From contig OMYJ01000006.1 in assembly GCA_900315245.1 (NCBI GenBank), forward strand, positions 199,572 through 263,571: a stretch of 64,000 nt of DNA, read 5' to 3'. Under the pieces are notes generated by a model. That model had not been told where the DNA came from, made no database searches, and saw only the letters and a list, made by a program, of their open reading frames with translations. The translations under genes were made by a program, and so were the position numbers. Shown one piece after another: positions 22,401 through 29,010 of this stretch. This DNA comes from an uncultured Bacteroidales bacterium. Lineage in GTDB: Bacteria; Bacteroidota; Bacteroidia; Bacteroidales; WCHB1-69. How positions within the stretch are numbered: the first letter of the stretch is position 1; every line of letters begins with the position of its first letter.

Positions 22401-22668
22401 CGGAAAAGATTTGTATATGCCAGTTGATGGTGTCGCCACTTCAAAATATAATGATAATGTAGGTAAGATACCTACGGGCGCCACTGTTAAAATCACAAAG
22501 GAAGGAGGTCTCAATATAGATTTCCATGGATTTGGTGGGTTAATCAGATTACATCCAGATTATGGATGGGTTAATAAAAAATGGCAAAGAAAACAACAAA
22601 AAGCCGGAGACAGTTCTTGGGACAAATTGTTTAAAATGGCAGGTCAAATAGGAAGGAGGCCATATTAA
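13471..22668 (+). CDS. SpvB/TcB-like beta-propeller plus RHS-repeat (TcC-like) polymorphic toxin with a variable C-terminal toxin domain
   Basis: 3065 aa. The SpvB-type N-terminus is 'LSYPIEIPAGRQGMQPSLALTYSSGGGNGWLGVGWDISIPSITVETRWGVPRY'. FG-GAP-like 'D[LVMF]NGDGLxD' motifs recur. Many YD repeats are present ('YEYDSLGRTVTV', 'YYDALGRLTES', 'YEYDRLGRMTHRT'). The RHS core end is 'YYNSDLSIWLSVDPMAAKYPSLSPYVYCADNPVKLVDPNGEE', followed by about 195 aa of unrelated sequence. Confidence 0.9.
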   Translation: MRQYLLAVIAVLAAIILALFSIDTASNQQSARSYRAYNFKSGLESRAGDQGSALWNDNAENVNIPSITETVTDNGFSPLTIASSPLSTPPAMLATSAMTELTPVQLPPLDAGMVNVTGGFDGNSQTAGYRVNPRPGEFAIAVPYDPSLLPQGFTEDDIQTYVYDRQYHRWVAIQRDSVNEAELLVCSRFRPWEKGLPHTQNDLSNPQDALSQVQDMMSFASQGEGGGDSPLDFINAVLKTPEMPETSAYTPTSIKELKAADPLEGLTLMQPPTANNSGTANLSYPIEIPAGRQGMQPSLALTYSSGGGNGWLGVGWDISIPSITVETRWGVPRYDQSKESEVYVYEGEQLVTKDGNGNFREMPHRTNQWTSRSTLGNEEQFFPRKNEAFDSIVRHGTGPGNYWWTVTHKNGVTDYYGKYASDNGVNNSCVLRAGASNFTGAIAQWALAESVDPFGNSVRYHYDIEYHRGTTGSSNDGKQIYVDTIYYTTKGNDLGKYKVVFTREPKEDVIVSANRGFKEVTASNLCNIAVCFNNRAIRYYLFLTENNRASNFKTRLTDVVQLYKTSAGILPCSYLKELGVTDTLVSTHFDYYNYPETNQLFGDTVSLSLNDDDIKSTFITSGSALAKATALGGTRGKSWNIGGTMTVGIGPVVPLTTASVGGNFNYSRSKSEGALTLIDLDGDGLADKVYKKGHKLYFRKHIADSEYHFHYDAYEQELMDYSDIQNPRNLSDFLSEVSSTTTWGLQLSLGLAYSGSWPTTKSTTSVYFADVNADGLPDLITDGGVLFNVTEQDGEVKFRNYYTIAAENIGTDNDSAFVHTTTDTCGGIIFSGAVSDSIVCQYDWLLDTTLWLKPVYTLYDTADFLQVIRYADSLENTGEYKCEYYYYRNQPGQIERIDIYRKVLVSCSAFPTSTSASDILERDPDLEAVKVWVSPGYGQIDIISDIRQRQDSTTSFLQSKTRDGMSYAIQLNRNVLAAPNHRLLPSASANISILANGQIGKDDISVHHDSVRVSVSPGDLIFFRFISGDNHDYDNVNWNQSIRFNSGLAKPVVYNSAADYVLSGNKNFGAGAAGSTNKIDMSLKITTGNIGSTPNAVLLAMVVDTSDSVLTNCLWSCPLQSGWTNHEWNPLGTSTTTMQIAQGHQVKFMVSSSNPSFQWEKVRVTPHINYYVWNSNHYDTVECYPQVDMLINNYDGTVRDSVYHRLFGPLYKGWGQFAYNNNDTVNGHVVHDSYIHIEKLVTDWGGDIQNKKEARKTRRRMQRFDMPDKDSTHVRESSDMVGLYDADTLYNPLSLKTSWVEMQPDFHHYAWVGYGNVNYITDSIMCNTRIPDYHTDENTSDIEDYDHPVPVVAQGLDVKTVRKQNYSKMKNHSLSLSAPGVPFSVGGSVSLGYNQIITDYMDLNGDRYPDILGSSQVQYSQPWGGIGDVKTMAIFSNGVSRSETASGGMNFGGSFEMPSRGASNNPKNSKISFDGAGSIGASHGGGSDTTSMTWMDMNGDGLPDKVVRKNDKLEVQMNTGYGFLNIDTFDINNIRDGSSANTGLNVGGNFNIGQASIGGGIGVNFSKNETKKMLMDFNGDGLQDIVEDFGNSMKVSYNLGNGHWSAPEYVYAVPEISFGRSFSESADVSVTVGFTFMSIVKLCVGISGSPYSRTFSKDSVQLTDVNGDGYVDYVTSRNEGSMTVHYNQSGKTNLLRKVTNFTGSTIELGYDMPLACFNKPQRSWNLARVETRNNDTLCPVGGNRTLTKFQYASPRYNRHERMDYGYGKVTTYQYDTDGGDTLYRFTVEEFNNREFNKRGRKLRDCVYNSDSLPYVEHIYGDTLYDYAGSLVTDGGCARTDVYVKKEVDITNWYEGQPSPQITSMTQREYDRYRNVERYTHYGDITHTDEYFRAEIEYAQNMPHNMVSLPVRIEVYDINDTLLQLRSADYNPYTGRMTTLRLHNFSDTANYDFGYDSYGNMSGAAMPANARGQRLTMKYQYDNTVHTYPVWVLNSDLGYYSTAEYDFRFGKPTKTTDINGNEMWYEYDSLGRTVTVTAPYEQGVAPYTIRMEYFPHNFKKLDVWTNCSNPYSYACTYHYDKQHPGNPIRTTLITDGLGRLLQTKKDAEIGGQEVSLVTGKVVYDCFGRTVEQYHPFTEPLGTETVYNNTVTTGTGTLTEYDMMDRQTRVKQQPYGYETVMDYGFDWWNGKTLFRTETTDANGNVFTEMKGTLGQQLVQMPSTTNATELYYDALGRLTESMDAEGISTYYEYDRLGRMTHRTHPDAGEDWYSFDPAGNTVYHVNGNGDTVRYKYYFNLLTAISYPNNPANNVRYVYGSPTAPDNTAGKIVLQEDASGWQTFKYGKLGEVIENIRTFALPNEPRPYTFKMIFRYDSWNRIDSMTYPDGEVVSYGYNKGGMLENIRGNKNGDLRTYVESIRYNKFELKESEIYGNATWMSYEYDSLLRLSHLYSWDSHGDTMQSIGYTYDYVGNITDIANSAVTLPNGLGGRYYSHYDYDPLYRLTGAYGDWNNNQLSYNLGMQYYGNGKIWSKQLYADVLEQGNVTVRNYNNRYYYGSSTSNTVASVYDQTGHVWQSFSWDMAGNMVYHQDANGCGRTLCWDEENWLMSFADCENAGFYQYDAGGERTYKLTSDYVSQNIGGHWHTYQVLDNPTLYTSPYMVATPKGYTKHYYAESVRVASRIGGGLDSVDMFIRNIEEFIDKPMVEISPLWTDDYHEEFFDEKRDHNLDHLYHAMECTGNVPSVVYECLIILHKYSDYPHHEYEPDCYWYHPDHLGSSSWITFSDGKAVQHLHYLPWGEDFVDQRTSSFSSMYTFSAKEKDTETGYSYFGSRYYNSDLSIWLSVDPMAAKYPSLSPYVYCADNPVKLVDPNGEEVNPIFSTCGELLGTDSKGWKGTAIVMEKRDFKNGMKHEDAMEKGTELDKYGKGINISDSDWEKVKANGGERMSPTVENHSNEDVYFKPETDIGDWNSNDAYKIEAGKDLYMPVDGVATSKYNDNVGKIPTGATVKITKEGGLNIDFHGFGGLIRLHPDYGWVNKKWQRKQQKAGDSSWDKLFKMAGQIGRRPY

Positions 22669-22997
22669 TGAATAAGGCTAATCTAAAAAAAATGACGAGA
22701 TGTTTTTTTTCAATATTTACTTTAGCTTATAGTCTCGTTTCAAGTGTTTTTCTTATGGTATTAGTTGTTACTAAAATATCTAACAATGAATTTCTTGTTC
22801 CAATAGTGTTTAAGGTAATATTGCCCTATTGTTTGTTTGGTTGTTTCTTGTTAAGTATTGTTTATTTCGTGATAGCATTCACAAAGAACGAATACTATAA
22901 AACGAAACTGTTACTTATTTTATGTGTAAATGATTTGTTGTTATTGTTGGTCTGGCTTTGGGACCCTTTCTCATTGTTATCTTTTTTCCTTGGATGA
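22668..22997 (+). CDS. putative immunity protein (multi-pass membrane)
   Basis: 109 aa with three hydrophobic helices. Its start overlaps the toxin stop (TAATG). It has the same low G+C as the toxin tip. Confidence 0.5.
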   Translation: MNKANLKKMTRCFFSIFTLAYSLVSSVFLMVLVVTKISNNEFLVPIVFKVILPYCLFGCFLLSIVYFVIAFTKNEYYKTKLLLILCVNDLLLLLVWLWDPFSLLSFFLG

Positions 22998-23269
22998 ATG
23001 TTATGAGGATTAGATAACTATATATGAGGAAATAATCACTCTTTTGACGTGCAAATCATCCTTAGAGAACACCTGTTAAGACAGTAACTTTATCTATTGC
23101 AAAGACCAGCAACCTCAGGATATGCATCTACATCAACGGCAAGAAGGTGAAGGTGTTGTCCGAAACTCTTACGCCTATGGGTACAATCCAACTTCTAAAA
23201 CATGAAAAATTGTAACAATCTAAATTATTTGTTAAGCCAAATTTTATTCATCATCAAAAACTAAAAAAA

Positions 23270-23671
23270 ATGAAAAAAGTATTTTTTATCCTGGCGATGG
23301 CATTCGCCGCAGTAACAGCAATGACCTCTTGTTCAGACAAGAAGGTGACAAAAGAAACATTTATCGGAAAATGGGAACTCAAAAGTTTCCAGCACCAAGC
23401 GGTAAACAGCACCGAGTGGGTGGAGGAGCTGTCGGAAAGCGACCCTGTGCAAACCTACATTTTCTCCGCCGACGGCACCTATCAGGATATATGCGAAGGT
23501 GTTACGGAGACCCTCAATTGGAATTATGACGAATCCACAGGTCTTCTGACCTTCGACCATCAGGTTTGGACGGTAGAGTCATACAAGAACAAGGAACTCG
23601 TCTTATATTCCGACACTTGGGCGCAAACTTTCGGCCAGAAGCACCGCGCCACATTGAAAAAGGTCAAATAA
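23270..23671 (+). CDS. lipocalin-like lipoprotein
   Basis: 'MKKVFFILAMAFAAVTAMTSC' is a lipoprotein signal. 'GKWELKS...TYIFSADGTY...' has a lipocalin-like beta pattern. Confidence 0.6.
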   Translation: MKKVFFILAMAFAAVTAMTSCSDKKVTKETFIGKWELKSFQHQAVNSTEWVEELSESDPVQTYIFSADGTYQDICEGVTETLNWNYDESTGLLTFDHQVWTVESYKNKELVLYSDTWAQTFGQKHRATLKKVK

Positions 23672-23763
23672 ACTCTTTTGGGCGACCGGGCACGCTATCC
23701 ATTCAAACTTCGCGGCAGGCCGCTCGTAACCATTCCTATCGTTGTCGCGGACACCAAGGAAAC

Positions 23764-23800
23764 AAAACCGCAGTCAACCAGCACGACTGCGGTTTTCTTA
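23764..23800 (+). terminator. rho-independent-type hairpin
   Basis: 'aaaccgcagtc-aaccagcac-gactgcggttt' forms an 11-bp stem followed by a T-rich 'tctta', about 95 nt after the 23270-23671 stop. Confidence 0.5.
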
Positions 23801-24230
23801 TGCCGTCCCATCCTGTGACGGACGTTTAGGCCATCTTTGCCAAAACATCAGTCTATGGCAAAGAGCAGCACCCAAGAGGTAACCATCTACTACAACAACG
23901 GCAAAAAGATGGAATGAATTAGTTCACCTCAATATCATCAAAAACAACAGGTATCAATTTCTGAAACTCTTTCAGAAGCGGAATGGACACTTCACGCATC
24001 TGGGGGTGTGCTGCTGAAGAGGTTCTCAAAGAGAAGAAATGTCCCTTATTTGAGCACTAAAAGATAGTGCTCAATATCTTATGTGCATTGTTACAAATAA
24101 TTTCACTAAACATATTGTCATTCAAAATGTTTTATATGTTTTTGCATCGTTTCAATGAGTATGAAAATGATGCAAAAATGAAGAAAACAATCGTTATCGC
24201 AGTGTGAAAATGTCGAAATCGTAACCGCTA

Positions 24231-24743
24231 TTACGTCGCCGACTCGCCGGCAACCGGAACGTATCCCATATTCCTTACTCTCATCTGCAATTCTGCCATC
24301 CGATTCATCAGCATGTCAAAATCCAGCGACTGACCGTAAATGAAGAAACGTCTCATGTTCGCGTAGTCAGCCTGCCATTCCTCTCTGTGCTGTTCCGGAA
24401 TCATAAAGTTGATGGTGGAGGGGGACAATAGAGCATAGTTGACATACTTCAAAGCATAATACGTCCTGCGATGCTCCACTATGGCATCGTAGAGCGTGCG
24501 GTTCGCCAAAGCGTCATGACCATATTGGGTGTCCATCAATTTCTCCAAATCATACAGGTGACGCGACACACGCACGCTTCTTGGCCTCTCCTTTTGGAAT
24601 TCTTCCGCCAGAAGGAACATCTTTTCCAAAAATGTGTGAGTTGGCAAAACTGTTTTCACCCTGCTCTCGGCATCGGTGTTTTCGGCAGGGATGTTGTCGC
24701 CAATCAGCGAGTGAGCATCGGTTTCACAATACGTTTCATCCAT
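24231..24743 (-). pseudogene. 5'-truncated AbiEii/AbiGii-family nucleotidyltransferase toxin remnant
   Basis: Only 170 aa. It keeps the C-terminal-type region ('FLEKMFLLAEEF', 'RHLYDLEKL') but has no N-terminal NTase motif. It overlaps the AbiEi gene by 40 nt. Confidence 0.5.
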
Positions 24744-25315
24744 GCAGGCATCATATCCACGTCCTTTGCCAGAGCATCCTTGTCGGGTTCCTTGGTGATG
24801 AGTTCACGAATCACCCGCAATTCATTATCCCCAACATTTTCTTGTTTTAATGTCTTAAAAGCCTGTACCATCAGACCGATAAGACGTGTCTCATAGCAGA
24901 AGTTCTTGGGAACACCTCTTTTTAGCTTGATTTGGCAATTGGCGAGTTTGATGGTGCGCTCACTGCCGGTGGTTAGATAGGAGTAATCCATTGGAACTTG
25001 GGTTGAAAGTCCTAGCACATTCAATGCCGTCATGCCTGAAGGCAGAACCTTTGCATTATCTCTATAAGCAATAGCTTGCACTATTTTATTAACCGACGGG
25101 AGCACAGTCCCGAATCTACTTTTTGCTGGCTTCGCATAGATGCCCTGGGCTAATTTCACCAGTACACCCTCATGTGTAAGTTCTGCCAAAGTCTCTCCAA
25201 CAAATTCGGGATGAAACTCTGGGAAATCGGAACGGAACAGCACGCTGTCATTTGGCAGGGCCTCAATACGTTCTCGAAGCGAAACTCCCTCATTGACAGA
25301 ATGTATCTTATTCAT
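24704..25315 (-). CDS. AbiEi-family (DUF6088-like) type IV antitoxin
   Basis: 203 aa. The overall pattern ('LAELTHEGVLVKLAQGIYAKP', 'LPSGMTALNVLGLSTQVP') resembles AbiEi antitoxins, and the gene is adjacent to the AbiEii remnant. Confidence 0.65.
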   Translation of the reverse strand: MNKIHSVNEGVSLRERIEALPNDSVLFRSDFPEFHPEFVGETLAELTHEGVLVKLAQGIYAKPAKSRFGTVLPSVNKIVQAIAYRDNAKVLPSGMTALNVLGLSTQVPMDYSYLTTGSERTIKLANCQIKLKRGVPKNFCYETRLIGLMVQAFKTLKQENVGDNELRVIRELITKEPDKDALAKDVDMMPAWMKRIVKPMLTR

Positions 25316-25587
25316 ACACCTTTGAAATTTTGATAATTTTTCAAGTGCAAAAATAATAAAAATATTGAGAACTCGGTTTTTTAAGCGTATAAATATTTCA
25401 CTCTTTTGTCATGGTTAACGTTTCGAAAAGATAGAATTTATTTCAATATGGGGTACAAAAAAGGTACAAAAATAAGCAAAAAAAGGTTGTCCAAAAGCAA
25501 GCAAGGAAGAATTGTATTGCACGTAAAATATTGATATATAATTGTTTTAGTTGTTTTTGTTTGTCGTTGTTTGTAGTATGACATTAG

Positions 25588-25640
25588 TGTGGGGTTATTT
25601 GCGCTTCGCGCGTCTTGCCCCTCCGGGGCTGCTCAAGGAA
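25588..25640 (+). repeat. REP-like intergenic element, copy 1
   Basis: 'tgtggggttatttgcgcttcgcgcgtcttgcccctccggggctgctcaaggaa'. The reverse complement recurs at 42309-42362, and the core recurs twice at 60106-60231. Confidence 0.7.
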
Positions 25641-25676
25641 TTATGTTTTAAATATGTGTACATTTTCGGTATAAAC

Positions 25677-25713
25677 TGCTAACTGCTAACTACTAATTGC
25701 TAACTGCTAACTA
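25677..25713. repeat. heptamer tandem array (CTGCTAA-like)
   Basis: 'ctgctaactgctaactactaattgctaactgctaacta' abuts or overlaps the thiL stop codon. Confidence 0.7.
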
Positions 25714-26741
25714 TGTTGAAAGCCTTGCGCTTGCAGGGGTACCTGGACGTTGTCGCCGGTGATGAGGTGATAACCGGCGGCCTCCTCTTTTATATAACCA
25801 ATGATGGAAACATTTTCCACTTTCTTGATCTTCTCGAAATCGGCTTGTTTGATGGTGAACATCAGCTCGTAGTCGTCGCCGCCGTTGAGTGCAGCAACGG
25901 TATGCACAATATCCAAATCCTTCAGGGTCACGAAGGTGAGTTCCGTCATTGGCAATTTTTCCTCAAACAGCACACAGCCCTTGTGAGATGCTTTACAAAT
26001 ATGTATCACGGAAGTGGCGAGACCGTCTGTGACGTTGGTCATGGCAGTGGGCATAATCTCCTCGCGGCGCAAGTTCTCAATGATGTCAATGCGCGGTTCG
26101 GGCTTGAGCTGGCGGCGCAGGAGGTAGTCTTTGCCGGAGAAGTCGGGTTGAGCACCAGGGTTTTTCTCAAAGACCTTCTTTTCGCGCTCAAGTAGCAGCA
26201 ATCCCGTGTATGCCGCCGCGAAATCTCCTGACACGCAGATGAGTTCGTTTTCCGCCGCCCCCTTGCGGGTACACAGCTGCGCAGGTGCACACTCGCCTAT
26301 CGCGGTCATCGAGACCACCAGTTCGCGAGGTGAAGTGGTGAGGTCAAGTCCGACAAGGTCTGCATGAACGGTTTCGCAACATGCCGCCACCCCGCTCAGA
26401 ATCTCGTTAACCATCTTCAAGTCAAAGCGGTCAGAAACGGCGATGTTGACCATCAGCTGTGACGGCACAGCGTTCATGGCCAAGACATCGGAGAAAACAA
26501 TCGTGGAAAGCTTGTATCCGAGGTGCTGCAGCGGGAAATAGGTAAGATCGAAATGGACGTTCTCAACGAAAACTTTCGCGGACGTAACCATCTGATTTGC
26601 ATCTGGCTCAATCACAGACGCATCGTCTCCCACAGCCACTATGGTGGAACTGTTCTCCTGTGGAAAATATTTCGACAATTCCTTAATCAGCTCATATTTG
26701 CCGGGCATTTTCACCGGCTCGGAAGTGGCGTTTTCAGACAT
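25707..26741 (-). CDS. thiL: thiamine-monophosphate kinase
   Basis: AIR-synthase-related fold motifs are present: 'VAVGDDASVIEP', 'VENVHFDLTYFP', 'GGDDYELMFT'. The start is taken at 'MSENATSEP'. Confidence 0.8.
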   Translation of the reverse strand: MSENATSEPVKMPGKYELIKELSKYFPQENSSTIVAVGDDASVIEPDANQMVTSAKVFVENVHFDLTYFPLQHLGYKLSTIVFSDVLAMNAVPSQLMVNIAVSDRFDLKMVNEILSGVAACCETVHADLVGLDLTTSPRELVVSMTAIGECAPAQLCTRKGAAENELICVSGDFAAAYTGLLLLEREKKVFEKNPGAQPDFSGKDYLLRRQLKPEPRIDIIENLRREEIMPTAMTNVTDGLATSVIHICKASHKGCVLFEEKLPMTELTFVTLKDLDIVHTVAALNGGDDYELMFTIKQADFEKIKKVENVSIIGYIKEEAAGYHLITGDNVQVPLQAQGFQHS

Positions 26742-26824
26742 ATTCAAAAATTTGCGGCAAAGGTACACAAATTACGAATACAGACAAGCAACTGAAATCA
26801 CTATATATATAATGAAGGGGCGGC

Positions 26825-26858
26825 ATAAAAAAAAAACGGCCATTTCTGACCGTTTTTC
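26825..26858 (-). terminator. original tRNA-Lys terminator, displaced by the island insertion
   Basis: On the minus strand, the hairpin 'aaaaacgg-tcagaaatgg-ccgttttt' and a T-run directly follow the distal copy of the tRNA 3' end. Confidence 0.6.
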
Positions 26859-26859
26859 A

Positions 26860-26874
26860 GTGTCCCCTCAGGGA
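26860..26874. repeat. att direct repeat (distal copy)
   Basis: 'gtgtcccctcaggga' is identical to 39922-39936, which lies inside the tRNA-Lys 3' end. Confidence 0.85.
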
Positions 26875-26996
26875 TAGTAACCGTTTTTCTAACCATATAA
26901 CTATCAATCTTATACTAAACATCTGCGAATATCATGCGCTTTTTATGGGCAATGTTGATATTATTTCCGGGATTTCGACTTTATTAACCATCGGTT

Positions 26997-27296
26997 TCAT
27001 CCCACCACCTTTCCCCGTCCACTTTGCCTTTTATCCGCTTCACTTTGTCCTGTTATTCTTATTCTGGCCACTGCCGCCCGTCCACTTTGCCTTTTCCCGA
27101 CTTGCCTTGTTTTGGCTTTCCGGGTCAAGCCACTGCCGCCCGTCCACTTTGCCTTTCCCTGTCTCGCCTTGTTTGACGTTCCTGGTCCGGCCACTGCCGC
27201 CCGTCCACTTTGCCTTTCCCTGACTCGCCTTGTTTGACGTTCCTGGTCCGGCCACTGCCGCCCGTCCACTTTGCCTTTCCCCGCTATCTAAAATAG
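26997..27296. repeat. 61-62-nt tandem array (about 4 good copies plus a degenerate one), each with a CCACTTTGCC box
   Basis: Unit starts at 27067, 27129, 27190 and 27251 give periods of 62, 61 and 61. Boxes lie at 27019, 27082, 27144, 27205 and 27266. The period is not a multiple of 3. Confidence 0.85.
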
Positions 27297-27297
27297 A

Positions 27298-27320
27298 AAT
27301 GCGGCTTAAAGCCGCATTTC
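27298..27320. terminator. bidirectional-type hairpin
   Basis: 'aaatgcggc-ttaaa-gccgcattt' is flanked by A and T runs. Confidence 0.5.
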
Positions 27321-27509
27321 TAGCAAACCCACTAAAAAAAACAAGATGATTCACTCATCACGATTACGTTGCCTCTGTTTGGATCTCTAATCGTTCTGAT
27401 TTATTTTAATTTATTATGTTTTAATCCACTCTATCTTTCTTAAAGCCTAAGGTGGTTTTAGGATACGTTTCTGTTTTTCGTATCCTTTTTTCTTTCTTTT
27501 TACCATGTC

Positions 27510-27848
27510 TTATTTGAAAATTTCAGGGTATTCTTCTTCATACCCCTCGTACGTTTTTCTGTAATGCTCTGCCCAGTCATAGGGAGCTATTTCGTTACTC
27601 GGTTTGATTTCTTCCAATATTTTTGGGTCGTATCCTCGCATAATGTCCGAAAGGTTTCTTACCTTCTCATCGCGATACATGGCCACCAATGCGTCAGTAG
27701 GTGTTGCCGCGCGTATTTCATTGGTATCGAACCCCATCTTCCTACAGCGTCTTTCCCATTCCGCCCATGTTTCCTTGTTGCTCTTCGTTGGGAATTCCTT
27801 AAATGGGAATCCCATTTCTTTTTTCTCTTTTTCGGTTAATTCTGCCAT
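27510..27848 (-). CDS. hypothetical island protein
   Basis: 112-aa ORF with a coding-like composition. No motif was recognised. Confidence 0.45.
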   Translation of the reverse strand: MAELTEKEKKEMGFPFKEFPTKSNKETWAEWERRCRKMGFDTNEIRAATPTDALVAMYRDEKVRNLSDIMRGYDPKILEEIKPSNEIAPYDWAEHYRKTYEGYEEEYPEIFK

Positions 27849-27914
27849 TTTTTTTAGTTTTTGATTTTTATTCTATTGTTTTCTGTACTTTTATCTCTTC
27901 TTCGTGTTGAATTC

Positions 27915-28319
27915 TTATTTTTTGCTCTTCATTATCGAAACGGGTGTGTCTATTTTTTTCATTATCTCGTAGGCCTCTTTCGTTCGCACTTTCCAACAGC
28001 CGTTAATCTTCACGAATCTTGTTCTTACTCCATGATTGGTCGCCAGCTGGTAAAAATTATGATTCGTTTTGCCCATCATGGCAGCGCAATACGATATGTC
28101 GGTGTATTCAGGTGTTCTTACATGTTTTTTGTGCGGATCTATTTTCTTCAACCCATTTATGATCAAATACACGTCATTCACATTGTAATATATATTCCTT
28201 CCAATTTTCACCTCTTCACATCCCCAGTTCTTGGCGTTTTTCCTCACCCTCTCGTTTTGTTGTTTTGTCAGCCCGTAAATCTTTACAATTTCGGTTAATG
28301 ATATATAGCCCTGTTTCAT
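27915..28319 (-). CDS. excisionase/MerR-type HTH protein (two HTH-like halves)
   Basis: 'YISLTEIVKIYGLTKQQNERVRKNAK...' and 'ISYCAAMMGKTNHNFYQLATNHGVRT' both look HTH-like. A TATTTTTG box lies on the minus strand at 28358-28365, upstream of the start. Confidence 0.5.
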   Translation of the reverse strand: MKQGYISLTEIVKIYGLTKQQNERVRKNAKNWGCEEVKIGRNIYYNVNDVYLIINGLKKIDPHKKHVRTPEYTDISYCAAMMGKTNHNFYQLATNHGVRTRFVKINGCWKVRTKEAYEIMKKIDTPVSIMKSKK

Positions 28320-28888
28320 ATTCCTTTTTTGTTTGTCTTACACATTAAAGACTTCGGCAAAAATAGCAATTACCTTTCTCGAGGTTTGGGAAGTCTATTT
28401 TTTTCTTCCAAACGTTCATCTCTGCTTTGCTCATTTCCTTTTCATTCCCTCTCTTTTATTTTCCTTCATCTTTATTCAATTTTTTCTTCATTGTTATTTT
28501 ATCGTCTCATAACTTGATGTATATCACTTTTTAAGCTCGGCGCGCATAACGCGCCGATACTTCTTGTATGAAGTCACCCGCCTCACGCCCTACCCCGTCG
28601 GGCGCGCGCCCTTACTCTTTTAGACGCAAATATGAGAGCCGCCACGGTGACAGACAGGAGCCACCACGGAGACTGTGAACACGGCGTGTCCGCTCGATAG
28701 CGGTTGCCAGGTGGCTGCCTGGTGTCGGCGGCCACTGTCCCCATCATCGTAGCCGGTGGCGGTGCAGGTGGTGACAGGTGCGCGGTTCTGACCTGTGGAC
28801 TGGGTGGCCGTGGATGCGGCCGCCATCGGTGCGCTGCTCGATATCGGTTGCCAGGTGGCTGCCTGGTGTCAGCGGCCACCATCGTAGC

Positions 28889-29010
28889 CAAATGACGGCG
28901 TAGGTGGTTAATAGTGCAGTAGGAAAGATAAAAAATCCAAATCTCAACTATCAAAAAGACTGAAAAAGTCATTTTGGGCTAAATTGTCAATCGTTTATTG
29001 TGTTTTTTTG
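28889..29010 (-). repeat. AT-rich conserved inter-cassette spacer/leader, copy 1
   Basis: About 122 nt, near-identical to 29568-29690. The minus strand carries 'TTTG...TATCTTTC', a promoter-like sequence with an imperfect -7 box. Confidence 0.8.

Noticed and set aside
23100-23240. Possible remnant of a T9SS-type C-terminus ('IYINGKKVKVLSE').
   Set aside because: It is too short, has no start and is not in the ORF track. It cannot be supported beyond a vague resemblance.
26945-27354. Three ORFs (92, 90 and 104 aa) across the 61-nt repeat array.
   Set aside because: The repeat period of 61-62 nt is not a multiple of 3, so each ORF changes its reading of the unit from copy to copy. They are open only because the repeat lacks stops.
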